Positions 19,060 through 27,140 of a stretch of 64,000 nt of DNA are shown here, one piece after another (the stretch's first letter is position 1; the number at the start of each line of letters is the position of its first letter). Origin of the DNA: Candidatus Hydrogenedentota bacterium (lineage in GTDB: Bacteria > Hydrogenedentota > Hydrogenedentia > Hydrogenedentales > SLHB01); assembly GCA_045863335.1 (NCBI GenBank), contig BTVY01000003.1:128001-192000 (forward strand), in the 5' to 3' direction. Under the pieces are notes generated by a model. The model searched no databases, was not told the origin of the DNA, and worked only from the letters and a program-made list of their open reading frames with translations. The translations under genes and the position numbers were made by a program.

Positions 19060-22000
19060 AACGGTCCCTCCCCGGTATAGCGCTCAGCCGTCCCATCACG
19101 GTGATCATGCTCGTTATCACGGTAATCGGATTGGGCATTATTGCGCGCTACCGGATTCCCCTGGAATTCCTGCCGCCTATGGATCTGCCCTTCATCATCT
19201 GCCAGATCCCCTATGTGGGCGCTACACCGGAACAGGTCGAGAAGGAAGTCGCCATTCCCGCCGAAGGCGAGTTCCGCACCGTGTCCAGTCTGAAACGAAT
19301 CCAGACCACATCGGACATGAACGGCTGTCTCGTGCGCATGTTCTTTGACATGGGCACGGACATGTCGCTCGCCACAGCGGAAGTGCGGGACCGTATCGAA
19401 CGGCTCAAGCTAGTCCTCCCGGACGAGATCGAGCGCGTGGCCCTCAGGAAGTTTAGCGCCAACTCCATGCCGGTCATGGCGCTCGCCCTGTACAGCCCTG
19501 AAGACGACGAAGAACTCACCTACCGTGTGCGCACCATTCTTCAGCCCCGCATGATGCGCCTCGAAGGCGTCGCGGATGTCAGCGTATTCGGAAAGCCCGA
19601 ACGGGAAGTCTTGATCGAGTTTAATCAATCCGAACTCCGCAGCCGCGGGCTGAGCCTCTTCCAGGTCGTGTCGTCGTTGCGCCAGACCAGCATCAATATG
19701 ACCGTGGGCGACATGGTCGACGGCAATATGCGCTACTACGTGCGCGCCATCGATGAGTTCACCACGCCGGAAGACCTCGGCCAGTTGGTAGTCGGTCCCA
19801 ACTCCCTCCGCCTGCGCGACGTGGCCAATGTGGGTTACCGTACGCGCGAAGTGGATTCCGGCTATGCCATCGACGGCCAATCCGGCACCTTCCTGCTGGT
19901 GCGCAAGGAATCCGAGGCGAACGCCATCAACACCTGCGCCGAAGTGCGCGCGGAACTGGCGCGTATGACCGAAGATCCGCTCTTTAAAGACGTTCAGTAC
20001 TTCATGTTCTTCGATCAGAGCGAGGTCATTCTCTCCGCGCTCGAGGGCCTCGTCGCGGCGGGCCAATTCGGCGGTGCGCTCGCGGTCGTCGTATTATTCC
20101 TGTTCCTCGGCCGCATCCGGCCAACCCTTATCGTCGCGCTCGCCATTCCCGCATCGGTCGTCGTCGCACTTGTGTTCATGTTTTTCATCGGCATGAGCCT
20201 GAACCTCGTCACTATGATCTCGCTGATCATTGGACTCGGCATGCTCGTGGACAACTCCATCGTCGTGATCGAGAACATCACGCGCCACGTGCAGCTCGGG
20301 TACAAGCCGAAGGAAGCCGCACTGCGCGGCGCCTCGGAAATGGCCATGGCGATCACCGCGTCGACCCTCACCACCTGCGTGGTCTTTATTCCCATCCTTT
20401 ACATGGGCGTGGGGGAGATGTCGACCTACATGCGCGCCTTCGCCGTGCCCATCACCGTATCGTTGGGCGCAAGTTTGGTGATCGCCCTCACCGTGATCCC
20501 GCTCGCCGCAAGCCGCATGAAACCCCGGCATGAGTTGGCCCTCGCGCGCGTATTCAATCGCCCCGCCATGGCCCAAACGCCGGGCAGCGCCGCGGTGACA
20601 ACCGAAAAGCGCCGTTCGCGGTTCCCGAAACTCATGCATCCCATTCATTATCTCATCAGCACCTACATCAAATGCCTCGATTGGGTGCTGCGCTGGCGCT
20701 TGGCAACCGCCATCGTGGTTCTCTTTGTGCTGGCGCTCACGTACCTCATACCCTTCAGTCATCTCAAACGCCAGGGCATGCCTACGGTAGACACACGACG
20801 GATTTCCATTGAAGTCGTCTTGGACCAGGGATTCACGTTGGATCAGTCGCGCGCCACTTTCCTCGAAATCGAGGACATTCTCGATGAGCAGCGGGAAGAA
20901 CTAGGCATCAAGAACGTGTTCAGCCGCTACGACCCCTCCGGCGGCGAAGTCGATATCTACCTCTACACCGACGAGGATCTCGAGGAATCCGGCGAAGAAC
21001 TCGCCTACTCCACGGAAGACGCCATGGACATCCTCTGGCAGCGTCTCCCGTCCCGCGTGCCCGGCGGCGAACTGCGCTTCTCCATCGCCGAAGCCAGCGA
21101 GACGTCGTCCCGATCGTTCGCGCTGCAGATCCGCGGCGACGACGCACGCACGCTGGCTACCTACGCCGACCGCCTCAAGGTGCTCATGCAGGAGAATATC
21201 CCCGAGATTACCGAGGTCATCACCGATTCGGAACGGGCCAAACAAGAAGTGCAGCTCGACGTCAACGAGACGCTCGCCGAGTTCTACGGACTCACGCCCC
21301 TCGCCATCGCGCAGACTGTCGATTTCGCCCTCCGCGGCATACAGATCACCAAGCTAAAGCAGGGCGGACGCGAGATCCCCGTCTGGGCCCAGTTCCAGGA
21401 AGAAGACCGCAAGTCGCGCGGCAACCTCGAGAACGTGACCGTCTACGGCGCGAAAGGCGAGCCCGTCCCCATCAACCGCGTCGTGGAGTTCTCCAAGGGA
21501 CGCAGCCCCCAGGCCATCTCGCGCGTGAATGGAAAGAACGTGGTGACCGTCACCGCCAAGATCCGCGGCGAGAACCTCGGCGGCGTCCTGGATGAACTCA
21601 AGACGATCCTGAACGACTTCGACATGCCCACCGGATACAGCGTCGAATTCGGCGACGAACTCATGGCCCTCGACGAAAACATGGCCAGCTTCAGCACGGC
21701 GCTCTTTCTGGCCGTAATTCTCATCTACATCGTCATGGGCTCAGTATTTGAGTCCTATCTGCTGCCCTGGTCCATCCTGACCACCTTGCCCCTCGCCGGT
21801 GTGGGCGTCGCGTGGTCCCTCTACATTTTCGACTCCGCCGTCGACACCGTCACCATGATCGGCGTTATCCTCCTCGCCGGCATCGTCGTCAACAACGGCA
21901 TCGTGCTCATCGACTACATCAACCAGATGCGCAAGACCGGCATGGACCGGCACGACGCGATCATCGGATCCGGCCGCGACCGCTTCCGCCCCGTCATGAT

Positions 22001-22226
22001 GACCGCCCTCACCACCATCCTCGGCTGCGTGCCCCTCGCCCTCGGCAGCGCCATCGGCGGCGAAGTCTCCTTCGGCGGCCTCGGCCAGGCCCTTATCGGC
22101 GGCCTCACCACCGGCACCGTCCTTACCCTCTTCATCGTCCCCCTCACCTACACCGTCTTCGACGATATCCGCATCTGGTTCCTCGAATTCTTCTCCAACG
22201 TCGCCGGCATCTTCCACCGCGCGTAA
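19056..22226 (+). CDS. RND efflux permease (AcrB family), subunit 2
   Basis: ATGA overlap with subunit 1; GMLVDNSIVV, GIVVNNGIVLID and RFRPVMMT motifs. Confidence 0.95.
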   Translation: MKRSLPGIALSRPITVIMLVITVIGLGIIARYRIPLEFLPPMDLPFIICQIPYVGATPEQVEKEVAIPAEGEFRTVSSLKRIQTTSDMNGCLVRMFFDMGTDMSLATAEVRDRIERLKLVLPDEIERVALRKFSANSMPVMALALYSPEDDEELTYRVRTILQPRMMRLEGVADVSVFGKPEREVLIEFNQSELRSRGLSLFQVVSSLRQTSINMTVGDMVDGNMRYYVRAIDEFTTPEDLGQLVVGPNSLRLRDVANVGYRTREVDSGYAIDGQSGTFLLVRKESEANAINTCAEVRAELARMTEDPLFKDVQYFMFFDQSEVILSALEGLVAAGQFGGALAVVVLFLFLGRIRPTLIVALAIPASVVVALVFMFFIGMSLNLVTMISLIIGLGMLVDNSIVVIENITRHVQLGYKPKEAALRGASEMAMAITASTLTTCVVFIPILYMGVGEMSTYMRAFAVPITVSLGASLVIALTVIPLAASRMKPRHELALARVFNRPAMAQTPGSAAVTTEKRRSRFPKLMHPIHYLISTYIKCLDWVLRWRLATAIVVLFVLALTYLIPFSHLKRQGMPTVDTRRISIEVVLDQGFTLDQSRATFLEIEDILDEQREELGIKNVFSRYDPSGGEVDIYLYTDEDLEESGEELAYSTEDAMDILWQRLPSRVPGGELRFSIAEASETSSRSFALQIRGDDARTLATYADRLKVLMQENIPEITEVITDSERAKQEVQLDVNETLAEFYGLTPLAIAQTVDFALRGIQITKLKQGGREIPVWAQFQEEDRKSRGNLENVTVYGAKGEPVPINRVVEFSKGRSPQAISRVNGKNVVTVTAKIRGENLGGVLDELKTILNDFDMPTGYSVEFGDELMALDENMASFSTALFLAVILIYIVMGSVFESYLLPWSILTTLPLAGVGVAWSLYIFDSAVDTVTMIGVILLAGIVVNNGIVLIDYINQMRKTGMDRHDAIIGSGRDRFRPVMMTALTTILGCVPLALGSAIGGEVSFGGLGQALIGGLTTGTVLTLFIVPLTYTVFDDIRIWFLEFFSNVAGIFHRA

Positions 22227-22228
22227 TC
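22187..22228 (+). repeat. 42-bp direct repeat, copy 1 (3' end of RND gene including its stop codon)
   Basis: attcttctccaacgtcgccggcatcttccaccgcgcgtaatc is identical to 24470-24511. Confidence 0.97.
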
Positions 22229-22548
22229 AGCACGAACACCGCCCGCACCGCCGTGTTCCCATTCACCACCACATTCACCGGGTTCGCCGTCCCCGACGCC
22301 CCGCCTTCCCAATGGTCGAACACCGAATTGGTCCCCGCCGCCGCCGTCAACGTAACCGTCGTGCCCTCTGCCACCTCGTAGAACGCGCCCGTCACGCAGC
22401 TATCGCTAATCTGATATCCCGTCACGGGTTGAATCGGCGGCGAGAGCGACACAGTCCCCGTCTCTGCCCCCGGCATGCACGGCGCCATGTCCTTGGATAC
22501 ATCCAGTTCCCGCAGTGGGTGGAATGCCGCATTGACGGACGTATCGAC
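22229..22548 (-). pseudogene. Start-less fragment of an InlB B-repeat (divergent bacterial repeat) surface protein
   Basis: Translates VDTSVNAAF...GTVSLSP...EGTTVTLTAAAGTNSVFDHWEGGASGTANPVNVVVNGNTAVRAVF; no RBS or start, and cut at the direct repeat. Confidence 0.7.
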
Positions 22549-22558
22549 ACGTCTACAT

Positions 22559-23533
22559 CTATTTGTCCTCCGGCTTCTCGGGCGCAATGAAGGTCAGCGA
22601 ATCCAGCGTAACCTCGGTAATCTTCCCCTCGTGCCATATCTTGAATGTATCGCCTTCGATGGGGAAGGTAATCACCTCGCCCGGCAGTACGCATTGTGTG
22701 TCCGTTTCAATGTTCAAGAGTGTGTCGCGGAAGATGCCAGAAGTCTGCGATGGCCTGATCAGAATCGAGTCGTTCAACCATCCTCGTGGCCAGAAGATTG
22801 CATCTTCGCCAATACTCGTCACGCCTTCCGTCACGTCCGTGTCGGATTCCGTCAAGTACAGCACAAATGGACTGCCCTCGTACGACGGCCGAAAGTAATG
22901 TCTTCCATTAGGGGAAAAGAAGATCGCTCGATGAGGAGTTTCTCTGGTTTCCTTGTCGCGCGGGTCATATTGATAGACGTTGACCCCGGTCTTGAATCCG
23001 AGATCTCGGACATACAGGTTTCCATCGTGCTCCGCCCACGCAAGATCGTAGCCTAGGCAGGTCAGTTTGCGCGCTACTGAATCGTCAATCCGATAGACCC
23101 AGATACTCGCGGGCCGGAATCCCGGGTAGTCTTCATCGTTTATTCCCAGAATGTAAGCAATTGATTTTCCATCAGGTGCCCACGAAAAATGATATACGTC
23201 CGGAATTCTTAGCGTGATTTCCCCCTTCATATCGACAAGTATGAGCGATCTCTGCCCGCCGATGGCTTCTGTGCATGCGACATAGTCGCACCGAGGAGAA
23301 AGCGCTACCTCGATAAGCGTTTCGGCGGCGGTGTACAGCACCTCCTTGTGTCCATCTTCTGGATCGATAATGCACAGTTCCTTCCGGCTAAGGTCCTTAT
23401 CGTGCAGGCTATAATAGACGCCTCCTGCAACGATGAAGTTACACCTACTTTGTGCCGAGATTCCCGATATCTGCCCAAGCGCCGATGCAGCGATAAGCAT
23501 TGGTGTCAGGATACGAATCGTCCTCGCGATCAT
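22559..23533 (-). CDS. Secreted TolB-like beta-propeller hypothetical protein
   Basis: AGGAG RBS before ATG at 23533; signal peptide; PD40/WD-like motifs (LSPRCDYVA, FSWAPDGKSIAY, FSPNGRH); lower GC. Confidence 0.7.
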   Translation of the reverse strand: MIARTIRILTPMLIAASALGQISGISAQSRCNFIVAGGVYYSLHDKDLSRKELCIIDPEDGHKEVLYTAAETLIEVALSPRCDYVACTEAIGGQRSLILVDMKGEITLRIPDVYHFSWAPDGKSIAYILGINDEDYPGFRPASIWVYRIDDSVARKLTCLGYDLAWAEHDGNLYVRDLGFKTGVNVYQYDPRDKETRETPHRAIFFSPNGRHYFRPSYEGSPFVLYLTESDTDVTEGVTSIGEDAIFWPRGWLNDSILIRPSQTSGIFRDTLLNIETDTQCVLPGEVITFPIEGDTFKIWHEGKITEVTLDSLTFIAPEKPEDK

Positions 23534-23568
23534 CGTTCGACTCCTATCAGTTGTCCAGCCCATCCGGG

Positions 23569-23601
23569 TGCAATAAATGGGGACAGAAACCATTTATTGC
23601 A
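23569..23601 (+). repeat. REP-like hairpin, left of RAYT
   Basis: tgcaataaatgg-ggacagaaa-ccatttattgca forms a perfect 12-bp stem. Confidence 0.9.
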
Positions 23602-23709
23602 ACCCTTTCTTCTTTGATCCCTCGCGGGTAAATCCGTGCTCCCGTGAGCCTTTTGTAATACTAGCACTTCGGCCCGGAATTAGCAATGGAGTCGCGTGCT
23701 GGCTCCCAT

Positions 23710-24411
23710 TCACCGGCGTTTGCGGCGGACGCGGTCTTTGCTGCCGTGGGGGCGGCCGCGGGGGATGGCGCGTACGCGACGGCCCAGGTAGGTCTCGACC
23801 TTGCTGAGGAAGGAGCCGCTGCCGAGAGGGCGCCCCGTGCGCGTGTGCAGGCGAAGGAGATCCACCTCGGGGCCGGAATCTGCAATAGCGGCAAGCGTGG
23901 CCTTCCATCTGGCGGCGGGGATTTCCTCAAACCACGCGCCGAGGTCCAGCAACCGGGCCGGGTCGCCCCCTTCGCCGCAGTGGGCAGCCGCGCTGGACCA
24001 CGCGTAGTCCCATGCCGAAGCAGTCATTGCCGCGCGCACGGGATTAAGTTCCACGTACGCCCTCGCATTGTGCGCGTAGGCCTCATCCATGGGGCACGAG
24101 TAAAACCGGCTTTGCCAAAGGTGGCCCAGGCGTCCGTGGAGCCGGTGGATGTACTGGGCGTACATGAGGTGCGTACGCCCCATGGTGTTCGCCAACGATT
24201 CTTCCCGCTCCGGCGTGACCACGAGGTGGACGTGATTCGTCATGAGGCAATACGCCGACACTGCCAGGCCATGGCGTTGCGCGCTCTCCCGCAGAAAGGA
24301 CAAGTAGACGCGCCGGTCGTCATCGGTGAAAAACACGTCTTGCCGGTAGTTGCCCCGCTGCGTGACATGATGAGCCACTCCGGGGAGAACGATTCGCGCC
24401 TGTCGTGCCAT
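23710..24411 (-). CDS. REP-associated tyrosine transposase (RAYT / TnpA-REP, HUH Y1 family)
   Basis: HHVTQRGN, YCLMTNHVHL (HUH), GHLWQSRF, YVELNPVRA (catalytic Tyr) and YAWSS motifs. Confidence 0.92.
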   Translation of the reverse strand: MARQARIVLPGVAHHVTQRGNYRQDVFFTDDDRRVYLSFLRESAQRHGLAVSAYCLMTNHVHLVVTPEREESLANTMGRTHLMYAQYIHRLHGRLGHLWQSRFYSCPMDEAYAHNARAYVELNPVRAAMTASAWDYAWSSAAAHCGEGGDPARLLDLGAWFEEIPAARWKATLAAIADSGPEVDLLRLHTRTGRPLGSGSFLSKVETYLGRRVRAIPRGRPHGSKDRVRRKRR

Positions 24412-24417
24412 GATGAG

Positions 24418-24447
24418 ACGATAGCACGGGGCGGGGAGGGGATGCAA
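24418..24447 (-). promoter_or_regulatory. Putative sigma70 promoter of RAYT, with the -35 inside the REP arm; leaderless
   Basis: Minus strand reads TTGCAT-N18-TATCGT, with TG upstream of the -10 and ATG 6 nt later. Confidence 0.5.
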
Positions 24448-24473
24448 TAAATGGTTACTGTCCCCATTTATTC
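24443..24473 (-). repeat. REP-like hairpin, right of RAYT (inverted copy of 23571-23601)
   Basis: Reverse complement gaataaatggggacagtaaccatttattgca versus caataaatggggacagaaaccatttattgca: 29 of 31 identical. Confidence 0.9.
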
Positions 24474-24511
24474 TTCTCCAACGTCGCCGGCATCTTCCAC
24501 CGCGCGTAATC
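24470..24511 (+). repeat. 42-bp direct repeat, copy 2
   Basis: Identical to 22187-22228; overlaps the outer end of the right hairpin. Confidence 0.97.
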
Positions 24512-24548
24512 CACCTTCAGCGCGAAAGCTGAAGTGCTCCCCCCTCAA

Positions 24549-24723
24549 GTAGGTCGGGAATGATTCCCGACCAGTGCATGCAGATAACCCGCGTCACAAC
24601 CCAACGCGCTATCCCTGCGCCAGGCCGCACGAATGACCGTCCCCCTTCCTCAGAACGCGCGCCGCCCCTCGCCGGAATCGAAACCGCCGCCCTGATTCAG
24701 GTCGGGAATCATTCCCGACCTAC
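24549..24723. repeat. GTAG-type REP doublet (REPIN-like)
   Basis: gtaggtcgggaatgattcccgacc (24549-24572) and its exact reverse complement (24700-24723). Confidence 0.9.
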
Positions 24724-24857
24724 GGGGGCACGCTACCATCTCCCCGTGAACGTCGCTCGGTATGTCGCTGCCTAGGCTAGTCGTCTGTGACCGGAGCGGC
24801 TCAGACAGGGGTGACTTGAGTAGATTGCTGTCAATGACGCTTGGTTTCAAGAGTCTT

Positions 24858-26993
24858 TTATCGGATTGGTAGCTCATCGGCCCCTTGGGAGCCGTCCACA
24901 AGCGAAACCGCAACATGGCTGTCCCCGTCGAGGGCCGCTGTGGCAAACGCTTCGATATCCTGCAAGGAATTGGCGGGCGAGACGGCTTGCCATTCCTCGA
25001 TGTTCCACACACCATCATTGTCTGCATCGCGTTCCCATAAGAAGTACACTTGCGACGACCGGTCGTAATTGTTGCGGTCAATGGTAACTCCAGACAACGC
25101 GTTCTCAACCAAATCCCGCACGCTCTCCACCGTATCAAAATCCCCGAGCGTCATGTATCCGGCAACGATGCGGACAATGCGCGGGTCGTAGCCACTCAGG
25201 TCAATGGATGCTCGTGCAAGGTTGGCGCGCCAGGCCTCCCAAACCGGTTCGTGAGCGATGGCACTCCGTGCGGTCCAATCGAGATGGCGGGTCTTGAGCA
25301 CCGTTTCGAGGAGGTATAGTTCCGCGGCATCTAGAATACCGTTGCCCACGTACACGCGCTCCCCGGAATCGAACACCACTTCGTTCCGGTCGAACGTGGC
25401 CGACGTCGCACTCTCGCCCACGGCCTGAAGGAAATAGTCGAGATCGCCCACCATATCCAGGTCGGTCAATCCCGGCCTCTCGATAAAATGAGCATAGACT
25501 TCCAACGCGCCTTCGATGGTGGCCGAAGTCTTTTCTGAAAGCCAATTCACATGACCGGGAAAGTTTCCAATCCAATAGTCAAAAGCCCAGTTCGGCGCCG
25601 GGGTGGCCGTGAACTCCACCTTCGTGCCTTCGCGCAAGAGACCTGATTCTGGCGTGATGGTTCCGTTGCCGACAACGCCGGTCCTGACCTGATGGTACCG
25701 CGGTCCCGTGTCCGAGATGTCGGGGCGAGTCGCGGTGCTTGCGTGGATGCGCTGTATCGCTCTCGAAAGCTCCTCATTGATGTATGGAAACAGTTCCGAG
25801 CCTGAACCGTTACCGAATTCGGTCTGAATTACGCTCTGGATACTTCTCAGTAGTCCCTCCTGCACTCCATAGAGGTCTTGTCGCCACTGGCCTTTTTCAG
25901 TGGTTTCATAAGCGTGCAATGCTGCGTCAAAACATTGCCGGGCCGCTTCTATGTCCGCCGCATCCTCCCTGGCCGCTGCACGCTGGCACACGGAATGCAG
26001 CGTGACATCGATTTGGAGTCCGCGGCGCATCAGATTGACAAGTTCATCTGAAGCAGCGCTCCCGCCGACCTGCGTTCCATCGATGGCGAGCCGTCGAATA
26101 GCGGTCTTGGTTACGAGGTCGCCGTTCGGAAACGCGTCATCCCTGTGTTTCATCGCGATACGCGCCAGCCGCTCCGGCGGCGCGTCCATCAAGGAAAGGA
26201 ATGTTTCTTCCGCGACCAGTCTGCGATTCCCTGTAAGCCCTGTCAACGGATCGACTTTAGTTCCGGACAGCGCGTTCTCGTCACGATACAAACGCTGTTC
26301 GGGCACGTTTTCTGTAAGGAATTGTAGAATCTCGTCGTAACGCTCCTGGCAGACAAATCCAATCCAGGAGACTTTGCGGCGTACCAACCAGCGCACCTCT
26401 TGATCGGGATGTGCCACGTATTCCTTCAGAATCTCCAGAATTGCGCTTGTACCGTCGCGGGGAGTAACCTCCGGCGCATAAAACGTCGTGGCGTACGCGA
26501 CTTTTAAGATCGCACCAATCTCTTCCGGATCCGATGTGGCGCTCAGTTGCGCCTCCAATGCCTTCAGCAAGACACCTCGGTGTCGTGCGCGATCGTCGGG
26601 CGACTCAAAGCGCATGCGTTTGTTGCACTCCGCCAGCCACAACAGAATCTGCAGCTCACCAGACGGTAGATCCTCTGTCCAATCATCTATGAATCGCTCC
26701 TCGAATGCGTTGGCGAGTAGTTTGTCGTCAAGTGGTTGAGTTCGTTCCTCAGCCCGCAGCAGCAAGGTGTCGAAATACCGATCGAGGTTGGTCTCGGACT
26801 CGGTGGCGATAATCAAGAGTTCCGCGCCCTCGGTTGGGTCTCCATTCATGACACGTTCGATGTTAACCGGCCGGCTGCACGCGGCCATGGCGAGTGAGAG
26901 AACAACAAGCGCCAATGGGGCGCTCCTCCGAGTTGATCGCAGGTTGATCCGCTGCGGGTTCCTGCGCGTGCGGTAGTCCTCAATGCCCTTCAT
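24858..26993 (-). CDS. Putative lipoprotein: helical N-terminal region + InlB B-repeat + acidic Ca-binding-like C-terminal domain
   Basis: AAGGAGGT RBS before ATG at 26993; LAMAAC lipobox; GNGTITP...EGTKVEFTATP...FDYW repeat; GNGILDAAEL...DADNDG motifs. Confidence 0.7.
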   Translation of the reverse strand: MKGIEDYRTRRNPQRINLRSTRRSAPLALVVLSLAMAACSRPVNIERVMNGDPTEGAELLIIATESETNLDRYFDTLLLRAEERTQPLDDKLLANAFEERFIDDWTEDLPSGELQILLWLAECNKRMRFESPDDRARHRGVLLKALEAQLSATSDPEEIGAILKVAYATTFYAPEVTPRDGTSAILEILKEYVAHPDQEVRWLVRRKVSWIGFVCQERYDEILQFLTENVPEQRLYRDENALSGTKVDPLTGLTGNRRLVAEETFLSLMDAPPERLARIAMKHRDDAFPNGDLVTKTAIRRLAIDGTQVGGSAASDELVNLMRRGLQIDVTLHSVCQRAAAREDAADIEAARQCFDAALHAYETTEKGQWRQDLYGVQEGLLRSIQSVIQTEFGNGSGSELFPYINEELSRAIQRIHASTATRPDISDTGPRYHQVRTGVVGNGTITPESGLLREGTKVEFTATPAPNWAFDYWIGNFPGHVNWLSEKTSATIEGALEVYAHFIERPGLTDLDMVGDLDYFLQAVGESATSATFDRNEVVFDSGERVYVGNGILDAAELYLLETVLKTRHLDWTARSAIAHEPVWEAWRANLARASIDLSGYDPRIVRIVAGYMTLGDFDTVESVRDLVENALSGVTIDRNNYDRSSQVYFLWERDADNDGVWNIEEWQAVSPANSLQDIEAFATAALDGDSHVAVSLVDGSQGADELPIR

Positions 26994-27140
26994 CCGATTG
27001 ACCTCCTTTTGAACGCGTCTGCAATAGAGGTGCGAAAGATTGTAGAGGCTTGTACCCCGGAATCCGCGCTTGACCGCCCGTGGCTGATTTGGTTGAATGG
27101 CCGGATGCCTTGACGCGGAATGGTTGGGAAGGAGCGGACT

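Larger units (their letters stand above)
22229..24469. mobile_element. 2.24-kb insertion (RAYT unit plus cargo) bounded by 42-bp direct repeats
   Basis: Perfect DR at both ends; contains a Y1 transposase between inverted hairpins, a lower-GC cargo gene and a truncated gene fragment. Confidence 0.75.

Noticed and set aside
23710-24411. IS200/IS605 element with TnpB
   Set aside because: No tnpB is present; protein length, motifs and inverted flanking hairpins fit RAYT rather than IS200 TnpA.
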